Shown here piece by piece: positions 28,541-43,233 of a stretch of DNA of 64,000 bases. Under the pieces are notes generated by a model. It was not told where the DNA came from. It saw nothing but the letters and a program-made list of their open reading frames with translations, and ran no database searches. Source of the DNA: the human T2T-CHM13v2.0 reference genome, Homo sapiens; NCBI RefSeq assembly GCF_009914755.1, contig NC_060932.1; one strand, written 5' to 3'. The translations under genes and the position numbers were made by a program. The first letter of the stretch is position 1; every line of letters starts with the position of its first letter.

Positions 28541-29912
28541 GACACACCAGAAATCATTGAAAGAATCTAACTATTTATCTTAGATTTTTCCTCTATTCCC
28601 AAAACTTGTTTTATATCAATAATATTCACTTTAAAAGAACGTTTAGGAGATAATATAGTCTTTATGGAAATTTTTAAAAAGAGCTGCTTAGATGATACAG
28701 TTAGAGTCTATGAAGAGCCACCTTGTGGCAAAAGTTAGCATTTCACATTTATATATTTTTAAAGAAAAAATTACAAGCGGCTCTAAAAGAAATCTATTGA
28801 ATAGCAAAATGAAAGTATTGATATTGTATACAAGTCAGATAATATGGTTTCTGAGATATATAGTGTTGATTTTAACAGCAAATATTATTCAAAGTCACTT
28901 ATTGAGAATTTAAGAAACCTAGAGTAACACATGCAGCAGATGTTACATCCACCAATGAATTTATATTTTAAATAACAATGAAAATAAACTCATCCACTAG
29001 TTTATATTTAAAATGTAATTTCATTTGTATTTAAGAGGGCCAAGTTGCCTCATAGTACTCTCAGTTTCAGCACTAACTTTGTCCTTAAAAATGAAAACTT
29101 AAAAAGTATATTCAATTAGTTTTTTTGATATTTAATTTTAATAAAGCTTATTTGTATATTTCAATATATTTACATAACTTCAATTGTAATCCTGTATCAA
29201 TAATCAAGAATATTAAATTTCCTTTTTGATTCAATTGTAACATTGATACCTTTGCAATTTTTCCTCATTTCCTTTCTTATGCTTTGGCAACTAACTAAAC
29301 TTTTCTTTTTTAAATTAATTCCCAATTTTTAAGTTTTTCATAAAACTTTCCCATTTAATTGAATGTGGTAGGAAATTTGCAATTTTTAATGAGTATTCAT
29401 AATGTACACTCAAGAATAAATAGCCACACCACTGTAGAGCTATCTTTCTCTTTTCCTTTCTCCACTGGCGCTTTGAAAACTTGCTGGAAGTGCTGAGGTT
29501 AATTCAGCATATTACTATCTGCCCTTCCCTTCTCCTACCCTATCTAGTTTCCTTCATTCCTGGTCTCCAAATTTCATATGATATCAGTGCTTGTCTGGTA
29601 ACGGTCGGGGATGGGGTCAGGATAGGTGGTAATGTAGGTATTGGCATGGAAATATAGCAGGGAGATTTGGAATCTATATATCACAGATAGCAAGAAGCAT
29701 AGCACAAGAAGCAGGAATGAATTGGAATGAAAATGAGAGAAAGAGAAAACAATGGGTCATGCTGTTACTCCTGACTAACAAAACCTCTCTGTGGTTCCGT
29801 GCTTCTTTTCCCATTCCTCAGAACTCTTCTTCCTCTCAAACCACCTCTCTCATCCAACCTCGTCTTAATTATTTTCCTTTCACCAGCTGTCAGTTTACAG
29901 ATTATTCTTAGA

Positions 29913-30003
29913 ACAGTGGTTCTCAAACTTTGGATTTCAGGACCATTTCATGCTCTTTAAAATTACTGAAAGAATCCCAAAGAGCTTTTGTTTTTGTGAG
30001 TTA
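29913..30003 (+). mobile_element. hAT-Charlie 5' fragment
   Basis: CAGTGGTTCTCAAACTTTGG...CAGGACC...AAAATTACTGA..CCCAAAGAGCTTTTGTTT. Confidence 0.6.
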
Positions 30004-30099
30004 CACAGGAGCTCTTTGTCACCATCATATTGAACTTGTTTGGTCTCAGTATGGAATTCACAAGTTATCATGTCAGGTCAGTCGAGTGATTCTTTTTGT

Positions 30100-30960
30100 T
30101 TTCTTTGTGTTTTTGTTGCTCTAACTGGAGTGGGACCATATGATGCAGTGTGGATAGCTGCATACAAGCATTAAGACTCTTGAGAAAATACAGTGCACCA
30201 GGAAAACTACTATGAAAACTATCAGAGAATAATGGCAAAAGACTGAATAAAGTGCACTCCTAATAGGAACTCTCCTGAACTGAACAAATTAAAATCAGAC
30301 AAATTTTTAAAATAAGTCAGAAGATGAATCTACTTGTTTTAACCAAGTAGCTTGTTTGTTGATTTCTTAAAATGGAGCTGCTGTCATACCAGACACATGT
30401 ATCCAAGTGCAGCAAGAGATCTTAGCCATCACTCCCCATCTTCTGCCAGCCTCCCCACCCACCCTGCCCCAGTTCAGCCAACAGGTAGTCCAAAGCAATG
30501 CCGTTATCTAAAACAATCTTAGCAAGAGGATTTTTAAAAGGTTGCTGGGCAACTAAAGCCTTTGCAGTTGAGTCAGATATAGTAGCTAATGTTTAAGACA
30601 GAATTTTAATAATAACTTTACTTACATTTATGCCAATCCAGGGAAGGAGTATTCTACCAAAAATGCTCTCTAAATCTCAAAATCTCTCTACATGAGATAT
30701 TTATGACTGCTGACAAATTCCTCTTTATTTTATAGAACAAATTAAGAGGTGTAGACCAATATTTAGTTTCCAATTGGTTATGGAGTGACAATAGTACTGT
30801 TAGAACTTCTAATCCACATTGGCCTCTTATTTTCCACTTATTGAGATATAAAGTTGTCCATGCATGCAGTTGATGATTAAATGCTCCACACATAAAATAT
30901 CTCCTGGAAGGGCACAATAGGTAGTTCCCTGCGGGATGCCTGTGTGTTAGAGGTTACCAG
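30100..30960 (-). pseudogene. env: Gamma-type env remnant (SU C-terminus, furin site, fusion peptide, ISD, CX6CC)
   Basis: ORF 30654-30917 ..GQCGL..WSTPLNLFYKIKR (furin-like); then FGRILLPWIGI..TLATISDSTAKALVAQQ; LAKIVLDNGIALDYLLAELG (about 30468-30530); KISCCTWIHVSG (about 30388-30425). Confidence 0.82.
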
Positions 30961-30994
30961 TAGGGAAGCAATGGTAGTAATATTTATCCAAGGC

Positions 30995-31236
30995 TTCTTT
31001 GTCTTTCTTCTTTTTTTTTTTTTGACAGTTTCACTCTTGTTGCCCAGGCTGGAGTGCAATGGTGTGATTTCAGCTTACTGAAACCTCCACCTCCTAGGTT
31101 CAAGAGATTCTCCTGCCTCAGCTTCCCGAGTAGCTGGAATTACAGGTATGTGCCACCATGCCCCGCTAATTTTGTATTTTTAGTAGAGATGGGGTTTCTC
31201 CATGTTGGTCAGGCTGGTCTCGAACTCCCAACCTCA
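30995..31236 (-). mobile_element. AluSp/Sq-like, 5'-truncated
   Basis: TTTCACTCTTGTTGCCCAGG and CTCCATGTTGGTCAGG diagnostics; stops at ACCTCA. Confidence 0.88.
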
Positions 31237-32217
31237 TTATTGCATGGTTGGAAGCTACTGACAGTTAAGGAATTGGGGTTATAAATTTGTCTATAAACTT
31301 TCAAATTATCTTTCTTTTGGTTTTCTTATTTTCTGGCATACTTTAACTACAAAACCCTCACTATGGGTTTTGCCTATTGTTAGATCTAAACAGTTAGATT
31401 TAAACATGGAACTTGAATATCTGACTCTAAAAGCCTCACTTTATAGAAAGCACCAGATGTGAAATTTGAATAAATAGTCACACTGAAAATAATGGTGAAA
31501 TTTGTTACAGGGTAAACTTAAGGATCTCTAAAATCACGTAAGGATTTAGGTTTAACATGACATATCCAACATTTAGTGCATTTCTCTGTGGAAGCTGTTG
31601 ATTATCACAGAAGCCTTAATTATCACATTAGCTTGCCACATATAAGCAGAAAAGAAACACAGGGCAAAGTGGAAAAATAACAAAGGTTTCATGATGACAG
31701 AGGAGAGAAATTTTGATCTGTGACCTTGGAAAAGCTGTCCACACCTAGGATGTTGTCTGACTCTGAGGAGAAACCTCTCTGGTAAGTGTTATCTTGAGGT
31801 TTCCAACAGGAGTACAGTCCCAAGAGTTTGGAGAGATTCTCTTGAATTGAGAAATGTAGACCTAATACTCAAGGCCCTAAAATTTTGCTGCAGTGTGGCT
31901 GGTGAGAAGAACTTGGGATGATCCCTTCCTGTGGGGTTCAAGAGCAGTCTTTCTCCGGTGTCATTTCCAAAAGATCCAGTCTCCAGGTTCTAGGTCATAA
32001 AAGGTTTGTTTGTCCTCAGTTGGTGGATCATGAATGTTTTCTTTTAGTTGGTGAAAATATACTTTGGCATAACAACAATCATTGTTTCTTGATATATTCG
32101 GGTGTTCCAAAATATATGTAATAGTGTTATATCTGGAAAAAAGCCATGGTTTTTCTGTATTTTATTTTCATAGCCAATGTACTGCTTTACAGAAATACTT
32201 TAAAATACTGGAGTTTC

Positions 32218-32276
32218 CACTCCAGCCTGGGCAACATTGCAAGACTCCATCTCAAAAAAAAAAAAAAAAAAAAAAA
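32218..32276 (+). mobile_element. Severely 5'-truncated Alu (about 36 bp plus poly(A))
   Basis: CACTCCAGCCTGGGCAACATTGCAAGACTCCATCTC plus A-run, flanked by direct repeat CTGGAGTTTC. Confidence 0.85.
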
Positions 32277-32731
32277 GCTGGAGTTTCTACCTATTAATAT
32301 AAATTTTTCCAAGAAAAAGATAAGGGACAACATTAAAACTTCACAATTATACTGTAACCCTTGACTGTGTTTTCAGAAGTTGTTTGGGATGAATAAAATT
32401 GTTCAGGTTGTAATGAGTTTCAGAGAAGATGAGGAAAATGGATGAATTGGAAAATAAAGTATGTCTCTTAATTGAAAAGAGACTATGATTGTTTCTTTCC
32501 TATCTAAATCAAATTATTATGACAGTGGTTTCAGGCAATTAGAAAGAGGAATTATTCTCTGGAAATAATGACCTCATTATATAACAAAAAAATACAAGTA
32601 AAAAAAACTTCAGTTGTCCTTCCACTAAAATAAATGATTTAAAAAGTGAAAATATTCGTATTGTTTATCTGCAGAATTCATTTTTTTCCTCAAAATAATA
32701 TACATATAGACATTAGAAGATAGGTGTCTGA

Positions 32732-33032
32732 TTTTTTTTTTTGAGATAGGGTTTCACCCTATTGCCCAGACTGGAGTGCAGTGGCATGATCTTGGCTCAC
32801 TGCAGCCTTGACTTCCTGGGCTCAAGCAATTCTCCTACCTCAGTCTTCTGATTAGCTGGGACTATAGGCATGTGCCACCACACCCAGCTCATTTGTGTGG
32901 GTTTTTTTTTTTTTTTTTTTTTTTTTTGTACAGACAGGGTTTTGCCATGTTGCCCAGGCTGATCTCAAGTGATCTGCCCGCCTTGGCCTCCCAAAGTATC
33001 AGCATTACAGGCATGAGCCACCACAACTGGCC
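32732..33032 (-). mobile_element. AluJ
   Basis: GCAGCCTTGACTTCCTGGGCTCAAG AluJ diagnostics; TSD AGGT(G/A)TCTGATT. Confidence 0.9.
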
Positions 33033-35052
33033 AGGTATCTGATTCTTTACCAGAATTTTCATTTGGGCCACTATGATATATAAACTACCTAGGCAAAGGA
33101 AGTGAAACTATATAAATACATAAAATATTGCATAAATATTTAGGGTAAAATGTTTATGATTTTATGGGTTTATTTTCATAAAAGTTTCAGGAAATTAATT
33201 ATTAAATTTATAACTTGAATATAATTTTAAATTTAGAAATATAATCTACATTTTCATATCATACATACTAATAAAAACACAATCCCAGAACATGAATGAA
33301 ACAGTACATTGGACATTGAGTGTCTCAAATATTGATGCTTTTATAAAGATGCCATCATGTGCCATCTGGGAGAAGAAATACTTTCAACAATTTATTTTTT
33401 AACTTTTAGGGAAAATGATCTCCCTAAACTCCAGTAGTCACTAGACTTTTTAATAATGTGAAAAAGTACCAATTTATAGCCTCAAGAACAAATACTAATT
33501 GTCCAAATCCGGATGTTAGAAATAATTCCTAAAGCTTTCAATCATTTTGCTTTTCCCATTTACCAGTACATGGACCATGCAAACATTATTCAGGCATAGC
33601 TTTTCAACTCATAGAATTATCTTGATCATGACTTCCACATTTTGGAAACGAGGAAATTTGGTAAAATCATGTAATAATACTTATTTGCCTGTCTATTGAT
33701 CCATATCTATCTAGTTAAAATATCTATTGATTGATCTGCCAATCTATTCATATGTCTCTTTCCAGTCTACCTATGGCACATACACAGTGCATGCTGCTGT
33801 TCCTTCTACTGAACACATACTATCTTCTGCATATATACAGTGTTAGCTATCCTTTTCTATTTTTGTATAACGTTCTATAGATTGAATATTTAGAATAGAG
33901 GAATTTGGGGGTTAAATGCTCATAGAATCATATCAAGTCAATTCATCCTTAAATTGTGGGTATTGTTTGAAATATTTTCTTTGTTTTGAACCAGAACTTC
34001 AAATTCTAACCTTTGAGCCTCATTCTTCTAAAAAGCAGACCTAATCTTTCCTGAAATACTGATCTCGTTTCTAGCCCTAGTGTTTGTTTCTCCTTTCATC
34101 TTCAACCCAACCCTCTCCTACAGGCTTTCACACCAAGCTTTGGGGCTTTGTTTTAGGTACGTATCTCTAAACAAAAAATGTGTGTGTGTACAAATACACA
34201 TATGTACCATCTCTTTATGGTTACTTTTCTTTCTGTGTTTTGGCTATTAATCTTATTCTCCACAAGTCTTAGTTGCAAACAATTCCTAAAGTTGTCACAT
34301 GTGTTTATAACAATGAGTAGAAAAGGGGTAAAACAATAAATTTGAGATGATAAACCAATATGATTAAAAACAACCTTATAATTCTAATTCAGATTCCTTC
34401 TGTATGCTGCTTTCAAATATAAATCTTCCAGAAATAGCCTTGCTCAAATCAGTTTCTCAAAACTTTTCATCAGCTCCACACTGTTTAAGGAATAAAGTAC
34501 AAATAGTGTAAAATACCCTTTCATCCATCTTGCCAACTTTACCTACCACAATTTTTTTCATCAAAAACTTTAACAAAATATATCTGGTCATTATTTCCTA
34601 GTAGTCAGGCTATTGCAGAGGAGCCAGGATGCCTACGTTTAATTTTTACTTTGCCATCTCCTCACTGCATACTTTGTATACATTTGTTAAATTGACTCTA
34701 TTTAACTAAAAAATTATGCCGCACTAAAAACTAGTAATAATATTTATGCTGTAGGATTATTTTACAGAGAAAAAGTTGTAATACATGTAAAAACACAAAA
34801 TTGTGCATGGCACATGGTAAGAATTCAATGTATATTAGCAAAAAACGGCAGGTATGCCTCATTGAGTTTACTTTTAAGTACCATTCATTTTTCCTATAAA
34901 ATCATTACTTTTTTTCTCTTTGTTTAAGCCCTCCCTTCCTTCAAGACGTATTTCATCCTTTAGTGAAGGATGTAATATCTTTTATCCTTCAGCAATATCT
35001 CCTCTTCTGAACTTGTGTGTTTCTTCTCTGTGTCATTGATGCAGGGCTTAGG

Positions 35053-35184
35053 TAGGGTGACCACATTATTTTTATTGTTCAGGTTGGGACTGTGGATATG
35101 GAAAGTGAGTACTATTGATTATTAAACTGAGATAACAGGCATAGATTGGATGTGACCAGGGCAAAGGGACAGATGGTTACCCTA
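35053..35184 (+). mobile_element. hAT-Blackjack MITE (MER94-like)
   Basis: TIRs TAGGGTGACCA...TGGTTACCCTA; 132 bp. Confidence 0.75.
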
Positions 35185-35734
35185 TGAATAATGGAACCGT
35201 AAGTGATCAAACCTGTTATTATCAAATCAAAGCAAACTTTATCTTTGTATGCAAATTATTATGGCAAATATCCCATCAACTTAATTATCAGGAAATGAGA
35301 GTCATCAAAATGAACCTTAGCTGTTTCTGGCTATTCCCAGAGTACTGGTTCTCATCTGGTCCAGCACAAACCCTTATGTTTCTCCTGTTCAAGCTTCTTC
35401 ATTTGATCCTCACGCTTCTGTCTTCTTGACTGCTGATCTTTAGTAGAGGGCCACTCCACCTGGTGCGGCTGCGTTAGCCAGCTCCACCGACTCTAACTCT
35501 CTCCTCTCCACCCTCACACTCACATCCTTTTCCAGGGTCTAGAGAGAAGAAACTGCTCTCACTTGTATCATTCCTTCCCAAAATGCAAACAGCAGCCCTT
35601 TCTTAATTATCCACAACAAAACTGAGACCATTATACTATTTGCTTAGGCTTTAATGAAGCATCATGGATAAAAGAAGTGTTTATATCAGAGAATTCCTAA
35701 CAACCATTACCCCTAAATATGCCCACATCTGTAG

Positions 35735-36119
35735 TGACATGGGTTGGCTGTGTACCCATCCACCCATCCAAATCTCATCTTGAATTGTAGTTCCCATAAT
35801 CCCCACATGTCATGAGAGGGACCAGGTGGAGACAATTGAATCATGGGGGAGATTTCCCCCATCCTGTTTTCGTGATAGTGAGTGAGTTCTCATGAGATCT
35901 GGTGGTTTTATAAGGGGATTTTCCCCCCTTTTTGCTCTGCACTTCTCCTTGCTGCCATGATGTGAAGAAGGACGTGTTTGCTTTCTCTTCTGCCAGGATT
36001 GTAAGTTTTCTTAGGCTTCCCCAGACGTGTGGAACTGTGAGTCAATTAAATATCTTTCCTTTATAAATTACCCAGCTTTGGGTATGTCTTTATTAACAGC
36101 ATGAGAATGGACTAATACA
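35735..36119 (+). mobile_element. THE1 (MaLR) solo LTR
   Basis: TGACATGGGTTGGCTGTG..CCAAATCTCATCTTGAATTGTAG...GAGAATGGACTAATACA. Confidence 0.9.
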
Positions 36120-36515
36120 ATAGTTACTTATAAGCTTATTCTTTGCCTTGTTTTCAGCCTTTCTCCTCTGACCAGGGACAGCTCAAACCCTACCATTTGA
36201 ACCACTCCATAATTCTCAGATTTTTTTTCATTCATCAAATAGTCCTTAGAAAGAGGCAAGTTTCCTCTATAATCCAGCTCTCCGCTCACACTCTCTGGTT
36301 TAACCCCTTTTAGGATCATTGACAATAGTAAAAATGCTCCTTTTTGGAGGTACTCTGCCCTATTCCCTAAAGATTGGTCTGGTTCTAATGTCCTGGATTA
36401 GATAATCATAAAAGCCTAACATCATTATAGTTTTGCAAATCTTGGTATTTAGCTTAATTCATCATCACCTTGTTACGAGTGTCTGGTACTTCATTATTTG
36501 TCTTTTCATAAATAA

Positions 36516-36993
<478 letters not shown>

Positions 36994-38381
36994 TTATGAA
37001 ACATCTATTCCTCCCTCAAGTATTGTTTCATTTTTACACAGTAGTTCACACATAGAACAACTTGCCATGAATCTTCAAGAGAACTCAAGTTCTCTTGAGA
37101 GCCATGTAGCTTACTGATCTACTCCATACATTCTCCTTCTGGCCTATGCTACTTATATTGTAACAACTTCCCTCCTGGGACAAGTTGGTCTTATACTCTT
37201 GACCTCAAGCACAGGGCAGCACAGACCTTGGTGAAAGGAAGGTTTCATTGGAAAGCGAAATCCACAAGATTTTTGTGTCACAAAATCACCAAGACTGGTG
37301 CTGGGCTTACCATGGTGATTGGTGTTAGGAAATCCACCCCCCTCCCCACCTCCACCTGAATATTATCTTTCTCTGAACATACCTGTCAGCAAAACTTCAG
37401 TGGCGTGTTCTGGCAACTCCTCAATTGTTTAATACAAACTATTTCTCTCAAGTATAAATTTTCCTCTTTCAACTCTGATAGTGTTCACATAATAATATAT
37501 CTTTGCCAACCAATGCTTTCTGTATGTGCCCCTTTGAATATCAAACATGACACAAAACCAGGAAGGTCTTGCTCTTTTATGAGTGCAATGTTTCTTTCTA
37601 TCATTCATGTTGACCTGGTGTCAGCAGCTCTTTTACCAGACACCATCATCAGCACTTACAGTTAACCACAGAGATGTATTCTCAGATTTTGACCTCTGTT
37701 TTATACACTGAGGATAAAGGAGCAGAAACAGAAAATGATGAAAAGACAGAAAAGGTAACCCTAAATCAAATTTTTTACCATTTGTTATAATTTAATAGTT
37801 TTTAAAAAGTACATATTTATTTTAGTTAAATATATTGAAATCTTCCAAACAATAGCAGAACTATTTTTTTTTTTTATTTCACTGACTGCTATAGAATTTT
37901 AAGGCTTTCCGTTTTTTCTGGGCATGATAGTATTTTTGGTTTTTAAAGCAAGTAATTAAATCACAACTTAGTTTTTGGTGATAGGTTGATATTATTTATT
38001 TTATTAAGAATATTATACTGAAAAGTATGGAATTTAATTTAAGGGAATTTTAAATTAATATTTGTTGGGGATCATTGGGAGGAAAAATAAATATTACCTC
38101 TTTTCCCCAAGAAGCAAGGCAGATGGAAGTCTGAATATTATCTGTATCCCACGTAAAGCTAGTATTTCAGAATGTGCCCTGTATTTGCAGACAAATGTAT
38201 TTTTGAATACTGAATTTTGCAATTATGCAAATTTTCTCACCAAGTTATAGCTGTCCGGACTAAGGAAGCCGTCTCTCCCGCATACATACATGCCATAAAC
38301 CAAGAGGCAGGAATCTGGCTGGAGCTGAGCTGACTGTCCACTCGTTGTAGGCAGGGCCTTCCTAAGAAAATGGAAAGAGCA

Positions 38382-38733
<352 letters not shown>

Positions 38734-39314
38734 TCACCTGTCATATAAGTCACTCAAGGAATTGACGAGTGAGGGGGTAGATAGAGGCCAAGAATGTTTT
38801 ACTAATGGGATTCCCTCTGCATCAAAGAAAACACCAGGAGTGGGCAGTAAACATCTGTCACCATCAAAATTTCTTTTGTTCTCTTAATCCATTGGACTTA
38901 ACTATTAAATCTTTCTTCAACCAAAGGTATGAACGTACACTGGGAAGGTGAACAGCAGCCTCTCAGGATGACCCTTCCCTCCTCCACTTGTTTGAGGCTG
39001 CTCTGAAAATACTAGTTATTGCTCCTTTGAGTACCTGCTGGGACCACTGGTATGCCCTATGGATTTTACATATAGAGGCTTACAATAGGTCATAGTGATA
39101 GGCAATTAAATTAAGTCCTCCAAGGCCACCGTGTACCCAAGCATGAAGTTTACTTATATGCTACTTGATATCCCTAATATGTCCAGCTACATATCCAAAA
39201 TGGCCTATCAGAAGTTCTTCAAAGACAGCAAATGACAAATCATAAAATACAACCCCTTTCCTACTACCAAATTCCTAGGGAGAAGTTTTAAACTCAATTT
39301 CTCTTTCAAGTTGT

Positions 39315-39755
39315 ATCCACCAGGTCATAGTAGGAAGCAGATGGTACACTCAAACTGGGCAGTTGAATTTAACAAAGGGAATGTTTACACTGATGTGGAC
39401 ACAGTGTAGGGAAGCCAACAAGGATGGCCATCGCTCTTGAGTTATCAATAGACAGTGCCTGTTACCACCTTAGGCCTGAAGAAGCATGGGGAGGAAAAGA
39501 TTTTTGGAATCTAAACAATGTAGTTATATGGAAAGTGATGCCTTAAATAGAGGGATGCCACCAACTCCTGGTAAACCAGCAGAGAAGGAACCAAGGGGAA
39601 AAAATACCCTGACCTACTTTCCTTCCTATCCTATTGGTGCTTTCCACTGGCTGAATCCAGCGGGAAGTCAGAGGAAGGGAGACTATGCAGCCTCTGGAGC
39701 ACAGAGCAGGGTATAGAGTAGATCTGTAGGAGCAAGCAGAAAAAAATCTGGCTCA
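39315..39755 (-). mobile_element. Old ERVL/MaLR-class LTR
   Basis: AGGAAGCAGATGGTACACTCAAACTGGG...CCACTGGCTGAATCCAGCGGGAAGTCAGAGG...GCACAGAGCAGGG motifs; family uncertain. Confidence 0.5.
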
Positions 39756-41309
39756 TAAATTCAAATTTAAGAAGAAGAGTGAAGGAAATAAAGTCCAAAA
39801 ATCAAATTCTCTTGCCCTTGTGTTGTAAGATGCTAAAGAAATCCATTCTTTTTAGCTTAATATTCTACTCAGTCTCAGCTAGAGGGGTTCTAAGTGCTTG
39901 GTAAGGTTGGAGTTCTTTTAAAAGCTGCAACCTGGGCTATCTGTTACTGAAATGGGTGTAGCTCCTTCAGGGCCTCAGAAGTTCTATTAGCTTAATGCCC
40001 AATGATTGGCGAACTACACTTTAAAGAGTCCAAATGATAAATAGGACACACCAGATGGTCACAGCCCTAGGCCCATACCCAGCACATTTTGAAATGAGCC
40101 AATCTTCAGTCCCAGAATGCAAGGCAAATAATGTTCCCAGAATCTAGGACCCGGGATCTAGTCTAATTAAATATTGCTGCCAAATACCACAGCATAGGCT
40201 CAATGGTATTTGGGTGAAGGAGCTCAGGCTGAGAAAATATTCTTGGTTTACCTATAATGCTAGCCACTTTATGCTAGTTATCCAGAATTTGTAAACTCAA
40301 TGGGGAGGAATTAGCAAGAGATTAATTTTAGCATGTACATGGGGGAAACAATTTACCTTGTTGAGCTGTCTCCTTTCCCAGATTGTAGCATTTGAGACAC
40401 TGCTGCTGTTTTTCAAAGTTTAGAAATTTTTAATGGTGGAAGCTCCAGAGAGCAAAACTTATTTGAGAACACCCTCTCCCATCCCATATTCAGAGCCTTT
40501 TATTTTTGTATGTCTCTTTTGTACTGTTCATCTACGTCTGACACTGATAACGCAAACCTAGAACTTTATGAGTACAGTGTAGTATATGTAAAACTCAGAT
40601 TCAGCATTGCTAAATCCTTTCCACATAATACTAGCAAATGTTGTTCTGCCTCCTAATGTTTAATAGACCTAGGTATAAAAAGACTGTTTCTTACATTTGA
40701 ATCTTTGCCTCAGCCACACCTGTTTAGGAAGCTGCACCTGAATGGTCGAAGCTGAAACAGCACTATCTTGTATCCTAAATCAGCCCAAGTCTGCTATAGA
40801 TCAACCATTTGATGAAGCTCGCAACCCCACATTTCTTACGGTGATTATCCAGTTTAGTCTTAGTGTATATGGCACTGTCCTTGAAGAAAGAGCTTCCATA
40901 GGCTGTGGTTACCACCAAATGAAAAAATACCATGGAACCTAAAACTTAAAGCCTTTCAAGCCAGGGCAGAGGAACAAAACAAAACAAAAAACAACAAAAT
41001 TGCACAATTGCAAACTTCTAGATAAGCTTGATATAAATTTCTATACATCACCAACTCAAAACTGAAGCCATATATCACAGCTACTTTGGAAAAATCCTCA
41101 GTCACTATTGGTGTTAAGTCTGTTCCCCAAATTCAATTCTTATTTTGGTTACAAAGACCTTGGCCTCATGTACTAGGTATTTCCTCCCTCAAAAACAAAT
41201 GCTGACCTCTTTACCCACCTTTATAAGAGTAAATCTTATATATTTGCTTGGAGCAGTAAAAAGCATAATCTTTTGAAAGGAATTCAGCTGCCAAAAGGAG
41301 AAGAGAACT

Positions 41310-41750
41310 AGCTAGGTAATAACACATGCCGTTTCTCCTGTGGCAGCCAGGAAAATGCACTGCTTGCATCTTCTGCAGCAGGGAACATAATTGACTGACT
41401 GCCCCAATTTCTGCCTCTCTCGATCCAACTCTGTAATTACTCAGAAGCTTTGCTACTTGTGGGCTACTCCCAGTCAGTGACTGAGCACTGCTTAGGGACT
41501 GTGCTAGTCCATTCGTGCAGACTCCTCTAATGGGCCCATTATGAGGTCCCACATTGGCCTTGTCAATCCTCTCTTGGAAATAAGAGGCTGCAACCTGAGA
41601 CTCTTCTTACCCAGTTCTACCAAATAAGCACCAGACTTGCATCTCTCCTTCATTGTCTCCCTTCCCCTCATCCTTCGTAGGCATTTCCCCCCAAAGAACC
41701 TCTTGCATGTTTAATCCCATCTTAGATTTTCTTAGGGTTTAAACTAACAC
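41310..41750 (+). mobile_element. Old ERVL-class LTR
   Basis: 3' end CTCTTGCATGTTTAATCCCATCTT...AAACTAACAC; family uncertain. Confidence 0.5.
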
Positions 41751-41806
41751 ACCTTCCAGACTCATCGTATTGTTGGATAATCTCTCCTAGAACTTAAAAG
41801 CAGGTG

Positions 41807-41876
41807 AATTTTAAATTCTCTAAATTTAAATGTTAAATTTTAAATTCTTTAAATTTAAATGTTAAATTTTAAATTC
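41807..41876. repeat. 29-bp AT-rich tandem repeat, about 2.4 copies
   Basis: Unit AATTTTAAATTCT(C/T)TAAATTTAAATGTTA. Confidence 0.85.
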
Positions 41877-42945
41877 CATTCTGGGACCTCATAAACATGG
41901 GTTCTTAGAGGCGAAAAAAAAATTAAAAAAATTAAATGAGATAAATAATGAAATGTTACTCATATTTGCTTTTGAACTTATTTAGAAACATATTTTACTG
42001 AAGTTTATATGATTGAAAATTCTTTTTGTAAGACAAGTATTAATTGTTGGGTTATGATAAACAAATCGTCACTACTTTGTGTCATACTTAGCTTTTAGCT
42101 TTAAACAACAGAAAATTGGTCAATGTATTGACCACATATAGACTATGGTATAGTTAGACATATGCACTTGAATTCCCAACCAGAGTCCCTTATAGGGATT
42201 TCACTTTATACACTGATACTTACTCAATCCTAGGTTGGCATTATTGTCTATGGCCTCGCATATGAGTTGGTAATAGGAACAAGATTTTTTTCTGTTGTTT
42301 TAAATAGTGTACAGAGGGGATATTTCATTCAAAAATATGGATCATCTAGCCCACTCGTTTTGGTAGATACAATGTTTTATTACTCTAAATATTATATATG
42401 CATTATATACATTCTGTTGTATATAGGAAATATTTCATAAGTTTTGTTTTTTACAAAATTTACTAATTTATACACTACCAGGTAGCTATATAAATGTGGT
42501 CGTTTCACCATGTGCTCACAAAGATTGATGATTTTTACTCATTAACATTTTTACCTCTTTATTCAGGTTCAGTCACTATCTCTTGATGGGTAGTCAAATA
42601 GGCTTTTGAGTACCTCTGAATGATTTTCCATTTCTTGAAGTGTTCAGAAGTTCTTCATCTTAGACACTGGTCTCTAATGTCTTTGAAAATACATGTTTTC
42701 TTCAATTGTGAACACACATTTTTCAGATTCAACATCACTTTTATTTGCTTTTGAAGTTATGTCTTTCTTTACTGGTCTCCAAGTGATTATCCCTAATGTC
42801 TTCCACCCCCAGCGCCAGGTGAATTTTGTGTATGCTATCTTGTCTATTTACTAAATTAGACTTTCTAATTGTCCACTTGTCTGTTGAAAAAATTCTATCT
42901 AGCTATGGTGACAGAAACACACATAAACATAAACATATTTATTTA

Positions 42946-43233
42946 TTTTTTGACACCGAGTCTCACTGTGTCGCCCAGGCTGGAGTTCAGTGGCGCAATC
43001 TTGGCTCACTGCAACCTCTGCCCTCCAGGTTCAAAGGATTTTCCTGCCTCAGCCTCCTGAGTAGCTGGAATTACGGGCATGTGCCACCCCACCTGGGTAA
43101 TTTTTGTATTTTTAGTAGAAGTGGGGTATCACCATATCAGCCAGGCTGGTCTCGAACTCCAGACCTCAACTAATCCGCCTGCCTCGGCCTCCCAAAGTAC
43201 TGGGATTACAGGTGTAAGCCACTGTGCCCAGAC
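42946..43233 (-). mobile_element. AluS
   Basis: Full Alu antisense; TSD AACATATTTATTTA. Confidence 0.92.

Larger units (their letters stand above)
30005..32340 (-). mobile_element. ERV1 internal fragment (integrase C-terminus plus env), no flanking LTRs recognised
   Basis: Minus-strand translation gives DLEPGDWIFWK..KTALEP.(R)KG..QVLLT (IN GPY/F) at about 31800-32000 and env motifs at 30380-30920. Confidence 0.8.

Noticed and set aside
38213-38234. Octamer ATGCAAAT in an imperfect palindrome
   Set aside because: Single short motif in AT-rich DNA with no properly spaced SOX half-site; expected by chance.
41807-41876. 29-bp tandem repeat as a CRISPR-like array
   Set aside because: No spacers and only about 2.4 AT-rich units; ordinary slippage duplication.
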